A DNA stretch of 64,000 bases from Nostoc sp. GTDB lineage: Bacteria; Cyanobacteriota; Cyanobacteriia; Cyanobacteriales; Nostocaceae. The notes beneath the pieces are model-generated. The model was not told where the DNA came from, did no database searches, and saw only the letters and a list, made by a program, of their open reading frames with translations. Made by a program: the position numbers and the translations under genes. Numbering within the stretch: the first letter of the stretch is position 1; each line of letters begins with the position of its first letter. Positions 52,717 to 62,657 of this stretch are shown here, piece by piece. The stretch is taken from the NCBI GenBank assembly GCA_036918135.1, contig JBALDB010000028.1, positions 32,001 through 96,000 on the forward strand, given 5' to 3'.

Positions 52717-54729
52717 ATGTTGATATTTTCAAATAATGAAGGAAAAACAAGATTCAATAAGCCTCTTTATGGTTTAACTGGTATTTATACTTTATCGGAA
52801 GGTATAGCACTTCCATATGTTCTTTCATTGGTTGAAGTTAACCGAGCTATTGATGAGTTGAAGATAGCTGAACAAATTCCCGCTTCATTAGATACGACAT
52901 GGTCTCTTAAAGAGCTTTTTCAAAGAGAAATTGATGAAAAGAGAGTAGAAGATGACATAGTTAAAGGTTATCTTTTAGATCCAAATAAACTGAAGTTTTT
53001 TAATGCAATTACTATTGTATTAATGCCAAAGGACGGTGATGGCAATATTCAGGATACTTTTGATGAGAATACAAACGTACCTTCTCCTCCCATACCTTGG
53101 GATGGTACTGATCCTGATGATGAACAATGGAAACATTTTCAAAGTGAGGTTGCGAACTTCGGAGGTGTTCAATTTCTTTCTACTGGAGTCTCTGCTCGGT
53201 TGCGTTGGGATGAAGATAGAGTATTAGCAGTAGCAGTAGATGGGCAACATCGTCTTTGGGCACTCCGTACCTTTCGTGAAGATCCAAGGTTTCGAGGTGG
53301 TACTCTTCGCCCAATTGAGCAGCAAACAAAAATACCAATTTTATTTATCTTGCTTCATCCTAATGCGGGCTTCAAGAATCTTCAGAGTACTTCTGACTAT
53401 TCAATTCGGGGTATTGCTCGTGAATTATTTACTGACTTGAATAAAAATGCTAAGACCGTAGATAAAGCTAGAGAGCTTATCCTTGATGATAAAAGCATTA
53501 GTGCCCAATGCGTTAGAACTTTATTAACGGAGAGTACGGGGGAAGATGCTAAAGATAAACTTCCTCTTTCTTTAGTACGCTGGCAAGACGACTCATACCG
53601 ATTTGATAACTCCTACTACTTAAATTCACTAGTTCATTTAGATTTCCTGATTTCAGCAGCACTGGATCTAAAACCGCCAAGAGATCCAATGGAAAAGAAG
53701 CATGTACTGGATTTTATTGAAAGTATTGACTCTGCTCTTGGCATAGGTGAGGAAAAACTTCAGTATGAGGGGCGTACTCTTGAAGAATATTACATAGAAG
53801 ACTATTGTGACGAAGATGGAAATCCTGATACACCATTTGCTCGAATACCAGAGAATTACCTTACCTCTGCAATAGAAGGTTTTAAAGTTAACTTCCGTCC
53901 TTGGCTACTGAAACTTTTACTCGAATTTAAACCATATCGAAACCTGCTCCAGTATGCTCGTGAACATGATTTGATTGAGGGTACTTTTGGTAGTTACCAA
54001 GCTCAGACAAGTAAACATAAAGGAATTATTCGTGAGCAAGAAATTGCTAAGGATAGTGATTGGCATAGCCGAGAGATACTCTCACACCAAGCTGCTATCA
54101 ATAGCATGAAAGATAATCAATGGGCTTTCAAAGCGATATTCCAGAAAGCTATAGTTCGTCTAGGCAGGATTGTAGAGTTTAACTATAAAGCTAAAGACAC
54201 AAACTTAGGCAATATTGATGATGTCTTGAGTTGTCTAGATAGACTATATGACAAAGGTGTTCTAAAAGTAGACGTTAACTTACCAGATTACCCTTTTCGC
54301 TTATGGACATTTATAGCAATAAACCAAGGAACTGACAAAATTAAAGTGGCAAGAACTGTAGAAGATAGGATATTTTTCTTATTATGCTTGTGGTACTTTG
54401 GCTCTCGTAAAACAGAAATTGACGCTGCAAGAGGTTCTCAAATTTTATCGAGGCGAAAATTACTTAATTTCTTTAGCGCAGATAAAAATAAAGCCGAGTG
54501 GCCAGGTTGTACAGATGCTTACAAGGCATTATACAAAGGTTTTGATACTGTTGCTTTTTATGGAAAAGAACATGAAAAAATGAGTAATCAACAAAAAGAA
54601 GAGATGATTCGAGATAGGTTTTCTGCTATATTAGCCTTTGGTTTACCAGAATTAAATATTCAATCTTCACTTCAGCAAATATTGGAAGAAGATAAAGTTG
54701 ATTCTGAAGCAATAGATAGAATCTATTAA
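52717..54729 (+). CDS. Second, divergent DGQHR/DndB-family protein
   Basis: LFQREIDEKRV, KFFNAITIVL, AVDGQHRL and RELFTDLNKNAK motifs. Confidence 0.85.
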   Translation: MLIFSNNEGKTRFNKPLYGLTGIYTLSEGIALPYVLSLVEVNRAIDELKIAEQIPASLDTTWSLKELFQREIDEKRVEDDIVKGYLLDPNKLKFFNAITIVLMPKDGDGNIQDTFDENTNVPSPPIPWDGTDPDDEQWKHFQSEVANFGGVQFLSTGVSARLRWDEDRVLAVAVDGQHRLWALRTFREDPRFRGGTLRPIEQQTKIPILFILLHPNAGFKNLQSTSDYSIRGIARELFTDLNKNAKTVDKARELILDDKSISAQCVRTLLTESTGEDAKDKLPLSLVRWQDDSYRFDNSYYLNSLVHLDFLISAALDLKPPRDPMEKKHVLDFIESIDSALGIGEEKLQYEGRTLEEYYIEDYCDEDGNPDTPFARIPENYLTSAIEGFKVNFRPWLLKLLLEFKPYRNLLQYAREHDLIEGTFGSYQAQTSKHKGIIREQEIAKDSDWHSREILSHQAAINSMKDNQWAFKAIFQKAIVRLGRIVEFNYKAKDTNLGNIDDVLSCLDRLYDKGVLKVDVNLPDYPFRLWTFIAINQGTDKIKVARTVEDRIFFLLCLWYFGSRKTEIDAARGSQILSRRKLLNFFSADKNKAEWPGCTDAYKALYKGFDTVAFYGKEHEKMSNQQKEEMIRDRFSAILAFGLPELNIQSSLQQILEEDKVDSEAIDRIY

Positions 54730-54763
54730 AATTTAGTTTTGTTTAGGACGAATATAAGCTAAT

Positions 54764-55225
54764 TCAAGAGAGGAATTTGCTAAGGTTGAATTCCTCTTCT
54801 TCATACTCATTATTAAATCTTTCAGAACTAAGAATTAATAAAAGCCGCTCCGAATAATCTACTGCTCCACGCAGTTCATTTTGTATAATTTCTAGCCCAC
54901 TATTAGCATACTCTTCAAAAATATGTATGCGCTGCTCGTCAGCTACATCCTCCTCACTAAGAATCTTAATATCTTTGGTTTCAGTAATAGCCAATAAATT
55001 AATTAACAGAGCAAAACTGTTAGAAAAATAATCCTGCCGCAATGGTGATATATCTTTAGCAATTCCTTCTATAGGAACTCGTTTTTTATGCTTTGCGCCC
55101 AAGGCTGCTGCAAATACCATTACTTCTACATAAGTTTGGAAAGGGCCTGTTGTGTCTTTTGATGCTACGAGCGATTTTACTAACTCAGCCTTATCTTTAG
55201 CAACCCTGATTCTATTTGCAGCCAT
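54764..55225 (-). CDS. DNA phosphorothioation-associated protein 4 (PbeD-like)
   Basis: RIRVAKDKAELVK, GPFQTY..VMVFAAALG and IFEEYANSGL motifs. Confidence 0.82.
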   Translation of the reverse strand: MAANRIRVAKDKAELVKSLVASKDTTGPFQTYVEVMVFAAALGAKHKKRVPIEGIAKDISPLRQDYFSNSFALLINLLAITETKDIKILSEEDVADEQRIHIFEEYANSGLEIIQNELRGAVDYSERLLLILSSERFNNEYEEEEFNLSKFLS

Positions 55226-55342
55226 AATTTTAATAACTACTTTGTAGCCATATTAACTGAAAGCCAAAAGCAATGCCTACGCTTATGAAATTTTTTATGC
55301 CACTAAAAGAGCGATCGCCCCCACAAACAAATTATTCAAAAC

Positions 55343-55912
55343 TTAGATTGGAAACTGCACATCCTCATAAACTAAAGATATAGGAAAGCGAAAATCAACA
55401 CTGGTTAAATCAACTTCATCCCCTTCTTCATAAGCATGTAATTCCCAGATTCCTCTGTCGTTTAGCCGAAAGCAATCTAAACTAATATTTTCAGCATCAA
55501 TCAGGACATATTCTTGTAAAGTCTGAATGCGTCAGTACTGCATAAATTTTTTGCCTCTGTCGTAAGCTTCTGTACTAGGAGAGAGGACTTCGACAATTAA
55601 ACAAGGATACTGAATAAATTTGACAGCTTGTCTGTCCCTTTCATCACAACTCACCATAACATCCGGGTAGTGAAATGGCCCGTTTTCAGATACACCTACT
55701 TTTGCATCTGCCATAAAAGCACGACAGGAACTTCCCCTGAGGTGACTTTTTAACGCCGAAGCTAAGTTTAAGGCAATACTAGTATGGGGAATAGTACCCC
55801 CAGTCATAGCGAAGACTTCACCATTAATATATTCGTATTTAATATCTTGGTGTTCTTCCCATTCCAGGTATTCCTGGGGAGTCATATACTTTCTATCTGA
55901 AATTGCAATCAT
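55343..55912 (-). pseudogene. Uma2-family endonuclease with an in-frame nonsense codon
   Basis: EYINGEVFAMTGGT..H, YPDV and EVLSPST..YDRG motifs. After TGA at 55532-55534 the frame continues RIQTLQEYVLID...LVYEDVQFPI to TAA at 55343 (190 codons in total). Confidence 0.85.
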
Positions 55913-55924
55913 ATACTTTATCCT

Positions 55925-57997
55925 TTAAACATTACGTTCAACCGCGATAATTTCAGTATATTCATACTCATTCGGACTTTGTTTTACTAAAGGATATCTT
56001 TCCCCGGCTAACTCAATATAATCTTGTTCGCAATCTGGCTTAGATGAGTAATACGTCAGTACATACTCTCTACCAATTCTGTCTGTCATTTCTGCTTCTA
56101 CTTCACCCCGCCACTGAGTCTTAGTAACTAAAACTATCAACTGATTCGCTAATTGGGGAATTGTCTTAGCAATGTGTCGCCGCGAATTTTCATCCAAACT
56201 ACCAAAGGGCGAATCCATGACAATTGGGAAAGTGCTACTATCGGGAATCATCATCATTTTTCGCTTCTCACTCCATTCCCTTACTTTGTCAATAATGCTG
56301 GCAATAAAGGATAAACTGAGAATCTGATTTTCCCCAGTAGATGCTGCAACTGGTGCTTCTATACCTGTGGTATTTTCTACTAATGTCAGCTCATATTTTT
56401 CACTAATTTTAGGAATGTATGGTGTTACAGAAATCTCTGTAAATATTTCTTGGACTCGCTTTTCTAGTTGCAAGCGAAATTGTTGTTCTTGACGATTTCT
56501 AACTTCTGTTAACCGTTCAATTGCATCTTGAGTAGCATTAATTCGTCGCTGTGCTAAAGTTTGCTTATCTTCATTCAGTTTTTGTTTGGCGATTTGTTTA
56601 TTTAAACCTTCAATTTCAATTGTGAGTTGAGTAATTTGCTGCTGATTTGCACCTTGTTCTCGATTCAATTCATCAATTTTACTTTCAATTTCATCTAAGC
56701 GCTTTTGCAAACTGCTAATTTCTTCATTAGCATCTTTTCGCAACCGTTCTTGAATATTATCTAAATCGCCTTCAATTTGGGATATGCTTTGCCTTAATTG
56801 ATTAATCCTAGTTTGTTCTCTATCAACCTCTTCCCAAAATCCTATGGCTTGCTTATCAATTTCATCTACTTGAGCGCTCATGCGAATTGCAGTTTCTTCC
56901 ACCCCCGATGAACCTGCTTTATTTAACCAAGTAGTCACATGAGTATGAGAATAACTACCCTCGTGTAATTCTGCACCACAAATACAGCGTTGAGAATTGA
57001 GTAAATCATTCACAAATTCCCGCGAAATTCCTGATGTTAACTCGCCTCGCTGTTTCAAATCATTGATAATTTCTCGGAACTGTGCTGTAGTTTCTGACAG
57101 TAAAACGGTATAACCCCGTACCGAAATAACTTTTTTTAGCGCTTCCTTGGTTTTTTTATATTCTTCTTGATTCGCAGCTTTTTGCGATTCTAAATTCTGC
57201 CATCTTTCTTGCAATTCCTTGGCAGCACTGAGTTCTCGCAAACGGTTATTTGTCTGTTTTTTAAAAGTTTGTTGATACTCTAACTCTTCTTTAATTTCCG
57301 TTTGCCGTTTGGTAATGCGTTCGCACTCTCGTTCTATCTTTTCTTGCTGTCGTAACAGCTGTTTAATTTGCGAATCACCAATAGCTTTTAACTCATTTTC
57401 TAAACTTTTTTTAGCATCTCCCAAATGTCTGATGGAACGGTTGATTACCTCTACACCCAAGAAAATTTTCGTAGCTTCAGCAATTTCAGCTTTTTTATCA
57501 GAACGGACTATTTCTTCAATTCGTTCGCCATCAAAGAAAAAATATTGATGTAAAGTAGCGGGTAAAATTTGATTAATTATATCGTCTGATTGCTGATTTG
57601 GGATATTCCATTTACCATCGTCCCCACCAACCCACATAGTTAATTGAGTTTTACCTGCGTCAAAGTCACCTTCGTTTTTATAACCCCGACAGGTGCGTTT
57701 AACTCGATATCGTTTCCCTTCATGTTCCCAGCCAATTTCTACCCAACATTCTACAGCTTGACCTTTTTGAGTTTCGGCGATCGCCCGCTTATTTACTAAC
57801 TGTTCTGTGGATGCAAAGGCCGCACTAAATTTCTCATACAATACCCAAGTAAAAGCATTCAGTAAACTGGTTTTGCCAGAGCCATTATTGCCATGAATAA
57901 TCGTGGTGTTGTGAATATCTCCACTACCGATCAGTATCTCTGGTGTTGTACCATAAAAGGAGCGAAAGTTGCATAGCTTGATTGAAGTCAGCTTCAT
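55925..57997 (-). CDS. Second SMC-like AAA ATPase of the dnd locus (PbeC-like)
   Basis: GNNGSGKTS, YFFFDGE, CICG zinc-hook-like motif, STGENQ and MDSPFGSLD. Confidence 0.85.
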   Translation of the reverse strand: MKLTSIKLCNFRSFYGTTPEILIGSGDIHNTTIIHGNNGSGKTSLLNAFTWVLYEKFSAAFASTEQLVNKRAIAETQKGQAVECWVEIGWEHEGKRYRVKRTCRGYKNEGDFDAGKTQLTMWVGGDDGKWNIPNQQSDDIINQILPATLHQYFFFDGERIEEIVRSDKKAEIAEATKIFLGVEVINRSIRHLGDAKKSLENELKAIGDSQIKQLLRQQEKIERECERITKRQTEIKEELEYQQTFKKQTNNRLRELSAAKELQERWQNLESQKAANQEEYKKTKEALKKVISVRGYTVLLSETTAQFREIINDLKQRGELTSGISREFVNDLLNSQRCICGAELHEGSYSHTHVTTWLNKAGSSGVEETAIRMSAQVDEIDKQAIGFWEEVDREQTRINQLRQSISQIEGDLDNIQERLRKDANEEISSLQKRLDEIESKIDELNREQGANQQQITQLTIEIEGLNKQIAKQKLNEDKQTLAQRRINATQDAIERLTEVRNRQEQQFRLQLEKRVQEIFTEISVTPYIPKISEKYELTLVENTTGIEAPVAASTGENQILSLSFIASIIDKVREWSEKRKMMMIPDSSTFPIVMDSPFGSLDENSRRHIAKTIPQLANQLIVLVTKTQWRGEVEAEMTDRIGREYVLTYYSSKPDCEQDYIELAGERYPLVKQSPNEYEYTEIIAVERNV

Positions 57998-58167
57998 CGC
58001 ACCTCTTCCTTTACAATGTCCAAAATATTATCATTTATATGGCTGTTAATTTTCTTATCTAGTCTGCCTTTTTCCAGCTTCCATACTCGCTCAATAATTC
58101 GCCGTACTTCCGGCGGAGCGTTGGTTATTGGTTCCTGCACATCGTCGATATTCGCCTCTTGTGACAT
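57994..58167 (-). CDS. 57-aa small protein (PbeB-like position), absent from the ORF track
   Basis: MSQEANIDDVQEPITNAPPEVRRIIERVWKLEKGRLDKKINSHINDNILDIVKEEVR*. Its TGA overlaps the AAA ATPase ATG (ATGA). Confidence 0.75.
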   Translation of the reverse strand: MSQEANIDDVQEPITNAPPEVRRIIERVWKLEKGRLDKKINSHINDNILDIVKEEVR

Positions 58168-58454
58168 CTTGGGTTTTCAAACATACTTTTTTTATAGTTT
58201 AACTTTCTCCAGTGCTGCATTTACCTCCGTAAAGCCACTGTTAGCGTTATCTTTAATTCTCTAATTTTCTTTGAAAAAAGATTTTATTTTTTAATCGCTT
58301 TCTGTTATTATTAGTATTAATAAACCTATATTATAATGGGATATAAGTGACTTTAACAATTTAATTTACATCCCATTATAATTAAACTGTTAATCTTATT
58401 ATTTCATACTTAATGCTTCTTTTTTCCAAACTTGAAAAATTTTACAATTGCTCA

Positions 58455-59939
58455 TTAAATACCTAATAAACCATATCGCTTTTGTAAATCAAGTAACTTC
58501 ATTCTAGCTTCCCCAGCGTTATCAGCCAAATCAGCAAACTCCACAAAGCGACGCAATTCCTTTTTTAAAAGATTACGCTCAACTTCGATAGTTTCTCTAT
58601 CTAAATCTGGTGGTAAAACAATCATGTCAAATATTGTCGCGCGTTCCTTAGCAGGATGAGGACGCAAAACTCGCCCGCGTCGTTGGATAAATTGGCGAGG
58701 ATTACCAGAACTTGATAAAATCACCGCAGTTTGAATAGCCGGAATATCAACACCTTCATCTAAACAACGAATTGCTACTAAACCTTGCAATTCCCCGTTT
58801 TCAAACTGACGGCGCAATATTTCCCTTTCTTGTAAAGTTGTTTGAGCCGTATAGGTGCTTACCTTATACCCTAAATCTACCCCCAGAATTTTAGCAACAG
58901 CTTTAAGTTGACGTAGGGATGAACGTTGCCCATCTTCTTGTGAACCATCACTGCAATAAAAAAGAGTGTGAGTAGTTTCGCGGCGAGTTACCATCAAATC
59001 TCGTAAAGCATTTAGTTTATTTTCTGCTGCACCAATTAACCTTGCTCTTTGCATCAATAACGGCTTTAAATCTTCATTATCTTCAAATCCCGCTTCGCCA
59101 TTTTCTCGTTGACGATAAAGTAGCGATCGCCCAATTTTTTTAGTTAGCTTTAAATAGGCAATACTTTCTGCTTCAGTTAATTCTACCAGCACCGGATAAT
59201 AGAGATAATGTACTAAAGCACCACAGGCGATCGCATCCCTCAAAGTGAACTCAGGTTGAAGAACTGGGCCAAAATAATCAAATAAAGATTGTGTCCCAAA
59301 ATCGTCAAAATATCTCTCCGGTGTCGCAGATAAAGCTAGTCTCAACCCTACACGACGCGGTAAACTTTCTTCTAACTTGGGTGCGCCTAAATTATGCGCC
59401 TCATCCCCAATAATTAAAGTTTTGGCGGGAAAATATTTGAGTTGAGATCCAAACCCATCTCCAATTAATGTGGAGTTCGTAGTAATTACAGTAACAAACT
59501 GTTGAGAACCAGAACGCAGATTATAAATTTGCGTAGAAAGTTGACTTTGCCAAGTGCGTAAATTCTCAAAGGCTAAAACGGGTTGCAAATTAAATTTTTC
59601 ACATTCTCGCGCCCATTGAGTGACGAGATGGCGGTAGGGACACACCACCAACAGAACTTGTAAATTAATCTGTTGGTAGAGTTCACAAGCGATCGCAAGT
59701 GCAGTAATCGTTTTACCACTACCAGTAGCCATTTTTAGCGTTCCTCTACCATTATTCGCAAACCAGCTAGCGATCGCTTCTCGCTGATATTGCCGCAATT
59801 GCAGAGATAAAGGCATTTTTGGGCATCCTGGTAATGGTTGCCGAGTTTGGTAACTACCCTTACTTTCCTTTGCAAATGGTAACTTTAATCGGAAAGTGGG
59901 CAGTTGCCGTACTGGATTTGGTGTCAGGTACATATTCAT
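58455..59939 (-). CDS. DNA phosphorothioation system restriction enzyme, SF2/ResIII helicase (PbeA-like, no PLD domain)
   Basis: LRQYQ, MATGSGKT, DEAH, LSATPER, LDEGVDIP and QFIQRRGRVLR motifs. Confidence 0.88.
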   Translation of the reverse strand: MNMYLTPNPVRQLPTFRLKLPFAKESKGSYQTRQPLPGCPKMPLSLQLRQYQREAIASWFANNGRGTLKMATGSGKTITALAIACELYQQINLQVLLVVCPYRHLVTQWARECEKFNLQPVLAFENLRTWQSQLSTQIYNLRSGSQQFVTVITTNSTLIGDGFGSQLKYFPAKTLIIGDEAHNLGAPKLEESLPRRVGLRLALSATPERYFDDFGTQSLFDYFGPVLQPEFTLRDAIACGALVHYLYYPVLVELTEAESIAYLKLTKKIGRSLLYRQRENGEAGFEDNEDLKPLLMQRARLIGAAENKLNALRDLMVTRRETTHTLFYCSDGSQEDGQRSSLRQLKAVAKILGVDLGYKVSTYTAQTTLQEREILRRQFENGELQGLVAIRCLDEGVDIPAIQTAVILSSSGNPRQFIQRRGRVLRPHPAKERATIFDMIVLPPDLDRETIEVERNLLKKELRRFVEFADLADNAGEARMKLLDLQKRYGLLGI

Positions 59940-60042
59940 TAGTCATTAATCACTTGTACTGAGCAAAGCCGAGGTATTGGTCACTGGTACTTATTTTTCC
60001 CAATTTCCAATCCCCAGTCCCTAGTACCCAGTCCCCATTTAT

Positions 60043-60648
60043 TCAGTTGTAACCCCGCCAAACACCAATCAGGGAACCTTGCACCTGCACTTGCATAGCG
60101 CTGACTTCAATAGGATTGTACTTAGAATTTGCTGGTTTGAGGGTAACGCGATCGCCTTGACGATAAAAACGTTTTAATGTCGTACCGAATCCGTCAACTC
60201 TGGCGGCAACAATAGTGCCATTTTTCAAATGATTTGGTTCTGCTACTGGACGCAAAAATACCACATCGCCATCAGCAATTAAATCTTCAATCATACTATC
60301 GCCAGCTACCCGCAAAGCGTAAGTTTGAGGAGGTAACGATAAATTAGAAAAGTCTAAATGATCTACAGCATCAGTAAATGGTTCTATTAAACCACCAGCA
60401 GCGATCGTGCCTAAAATAGGTACACCTTGCTTCACACCGCGCAAAATCCGAATCGTTCGCGCTTGGCCTTCAGTCCATTCTATATATCCTTTAGTGCGTA
60501 AATGTTCTAAACGACTTTGAATTGGTGCTGGTGATTTCAAATTCATCGCTTGCATCATTTGCCGAATTGAAGGCGAATGCTGATGCATTCTGATGTATTC
60601 TGCTAACCATTCGTAAAGTTCTTGTTGAGCTTCCGTTAGACGTTCCAT
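60043..60648 (-). CDS. lexA: LexA repressor
   Basis: MERLTEAQ start, PSIRQM, AAG cleavage site, GDSM (catalytic Ser) and TLKR (catalytic Lys). Confidence 0.95.
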   Translation of the reverse strand: MERLTEAQQELYEWLAEYIRMHQHSPSIRQMMQAMNLKSPAPIQSRLEHLRTKGYIEWTEGQARTIRILRGVKQGVPILGTIAAGGLIEPFTDAVDHLDFSNLSLPPQTYALRVAGDSMIEDLIADGDVVFLRPVAEPNHLKNGTIVAARVDGFGTTLKRFYRQGDRVTLKPANSKYNPIEVSAMQVQVQGSLIGVWRGYN

Positions 60649-60679
60649 AAATTTGCGGGAAGTAATTATAAATGTCTCT

Positions 60680-60693
60680 AGAACATTAGTACT
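60680..60693 (-). promoter_or_regulatory. Cyanobacterial LexA box (autoregulatory)
   Basis: Minus strand reads AGTACTAATGTTCT, matching RGTACNNNDGTWCB, 31 bp upstream of the lexA ATG. Confidence 0.85.
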
Positions 60694-60840
60694 ACAAAAA
60701 ACTCCCCATAAGCAATAGAAAGGTAAAAATATTAAAGGCAAAAGTAAGAATATTTAATTTTCTTTCAGCTATTTATTCTTAATTTTTTGCTGATAAATCG
60801 TCAAGAGTCAGCCGCACGTCGCTATTCTAACTCTTATATT

Positions 60841-60921
60841 TTGTACAGACAAGGGTTAACCTTTGTCTGTACAGATGCGATTAATCACTTTGTACAGACG
60901 AACGTTAACCCTTGTCTCTAC
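60841..60921. repeat. Tandem palindromic dispersed repeats (TGTACAGAC...GTCTGTACA)
   Basis: Units sharing GTACAGA ends and central GTTAAC/ATTAAT, downstream of argF. Confidence 0.65.
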
Positions 60922-60926
60922 TTCCT

Positions 60927-61847
60927 TCATTCTGCCCCTAAGATACTAGCAAGCAAAGCCTTTTGGGCATGGAGGCGATTTTCTGCCTGTTCCCAAACTC
61001 GTGATTGAGAACCTTCAATAACTGCCTCTGTGATTTCTTCACCACGATGAGCTGGTAAACAGTGTAAAACAATTGCCTCTGGGTCAGCAAGGCTCAATAA
61101 TTGCTCGGAAATTTGGTAAGGCTGAAAAATTGGCAGACGGTTGTCTGCTTCTGCTTCTTGTCCCATACTCGCCCAAACATCAGTATAAAGTACAGCAGTT
61201 CCTTTGGCTGCCAATTCTGGGTCATGAGTGAGTAGAACTTCAGTTTTGTTATTAGCGATCGCTCTTGCTTGTTCTACAATCCTAGAATCTGGCTCAAATC
61301 CACTAGGAGTGGCAATTCTCACATTCATTCCTACCAAAGCACAGCCCAACATTAAAGAATTAGCGACATTATTTCCATCACCTACATAGGTTAAAGTTAA
61401 CCCAGCAAGGGTGTCAAAAGCTTCTTGAATTGTCAATAAATCAGCTAAGACTTGACAGGGATGTTCTGCATCAGTTAGGGCATTAATTACTGGAATCTTG
61501 GCATAGTTAGCAAAAATTTCCAACTCCTGCTGTGCAAAAGTACGAATTGCCAAAATATCGAGATATCTATCTAAGACTCGCGCTGTATCCTGCACAGGTT
61601 CCCCACGACTAACTTGAGTGACATTGGGGTTAAGATCGATTACTTGTCCACCCAATTGATACATTGCCACAGTAAAACTTACTCGCGTGCGAGTTGAAGC
61701 TTTAGAGAACAATAACCCTAAGACTTTATTACACTGCAACTTCAACTGTTGGGATTTAAGTTGAGTTGCCAATTGCAGAAGTTCTTGAAGTTCTGTTGGA
61801 CTGATGTCCGCCAGACTTAATAAATCTCGTCCGTTCAACGCTGCCAT
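60927..61847 (-). CDS. argF: Ornithine carbamoyltransferase
   Basis: STRTR, HPCQ, SMG and HCLP motifs. Start taken at MAALNG. Confidence 0.95.
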   Translation of the reverse strand: MAALNGRDLLSLADISPTELQELLQLATQLKSQQLKLQCNKVLGLLFSKASTRTRVSFTVAMYQLGGQVIDLNPNVTQVSRGEPVQDTARVLDRYLDILAIRTFAQQELEIFANYAKIPVINALTDAEHPCQVLADLLTIQEAFDTLAGLTLTYVGDGNNVANSLMLGCALVGMNVRIATPSGFEPDSRIVEQARAIANNKTEVLLTHDPELAAKGTAVLYTDVWASMGQEAEADNRLPIFQPYQISEQLLSLADPEAIVLHCLPAHRGEEITEAVIEGSQSRVWEQAENRLHAQKALLASILGAE

Positions 61848-62458
61848 GCTTGTGATGTGTAAAGAACAATTATATAATTTTGTTTCTTTACCCAGCCGTG
61901 TCAAAAAAGTACAATCTTACAACTGTACTAGATATTTTGGCGTCCAGCCCAGGATTTGAGTTAGCTTTTGCTATGAATATTAATTTATCAACTTTATGGA
62001 ACTCCAAGAAATAAATTATCCTACTTGAAATTGATGACTGATGAACGCCAGTTGCTTCTCCTAACGGAGACGCTGCGCGAACAACGGGGGGAACCCCCGC
62101 AACGCACTGGCTCCTGTTGAGTGTGAGCAGGGGGATATTTTTGAGAAAGGAAGTCCCTATTACTGATTACAATCACTGATTTTTTGGTTGGTCGCATTTG
62201 CAATGCGCATTCAAGCATCTATGCTAGAAAAACCAGCCATATTGCCAAGATTTGAGTTTTTATAGCTTAAATTATCATGAAAGCAGCTATTTGCGGTGAA
62301 GTCTCATAACTATACATAAAAAAGTTTTCTTCCCCTACTTTCCAGACAGATATTTTCTAACGATTGTCCTAGACAAATACATTAATTATGATAAAATTAT
62401 AAATTGTGGTTGCTATTTGAGAGCGATATCTCTAGCAGCCTACGTATGTGCAAAAGTT

Positions 62459-62530
62459 GCCAGCATAGCACAGTGGTAGTGCATCCGACTTGTAATCGGA
62501 AGGTCATCAGTTCAAATCTGATTGCTGGCT
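62459..62530 (+). tRNA. trnT: tRNA-Thr(UGU)
   Basis: Full cloverleaf: GCCAGCA/TGCTGGC acceptor stem, GCAC/GTGC D-stem, TCCGA-CTTGTAA-TCGGA anticodon arm, ATCAG-TTCAAAT-CTGAT T-arm. Confidence 0.95.
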
Positions 62531-62657
62531 TAAGCCGAAAACCCCGCGTTTAGCTGTCAATTGCCACATTATTTGTCCGCGTTAACAAATTAGTGTCTGT
62601 GATGACAAATTAATTTATCCCATCAACAATAAACTGGTTTATTACTATAGAATCCAT

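Noticed and set aside
58016..58264. 82-aa plus-strand ORF
   Set aside because: It is the antisense shadow of the 57-aa minus-strand gene coupled to the AAA ATPase.
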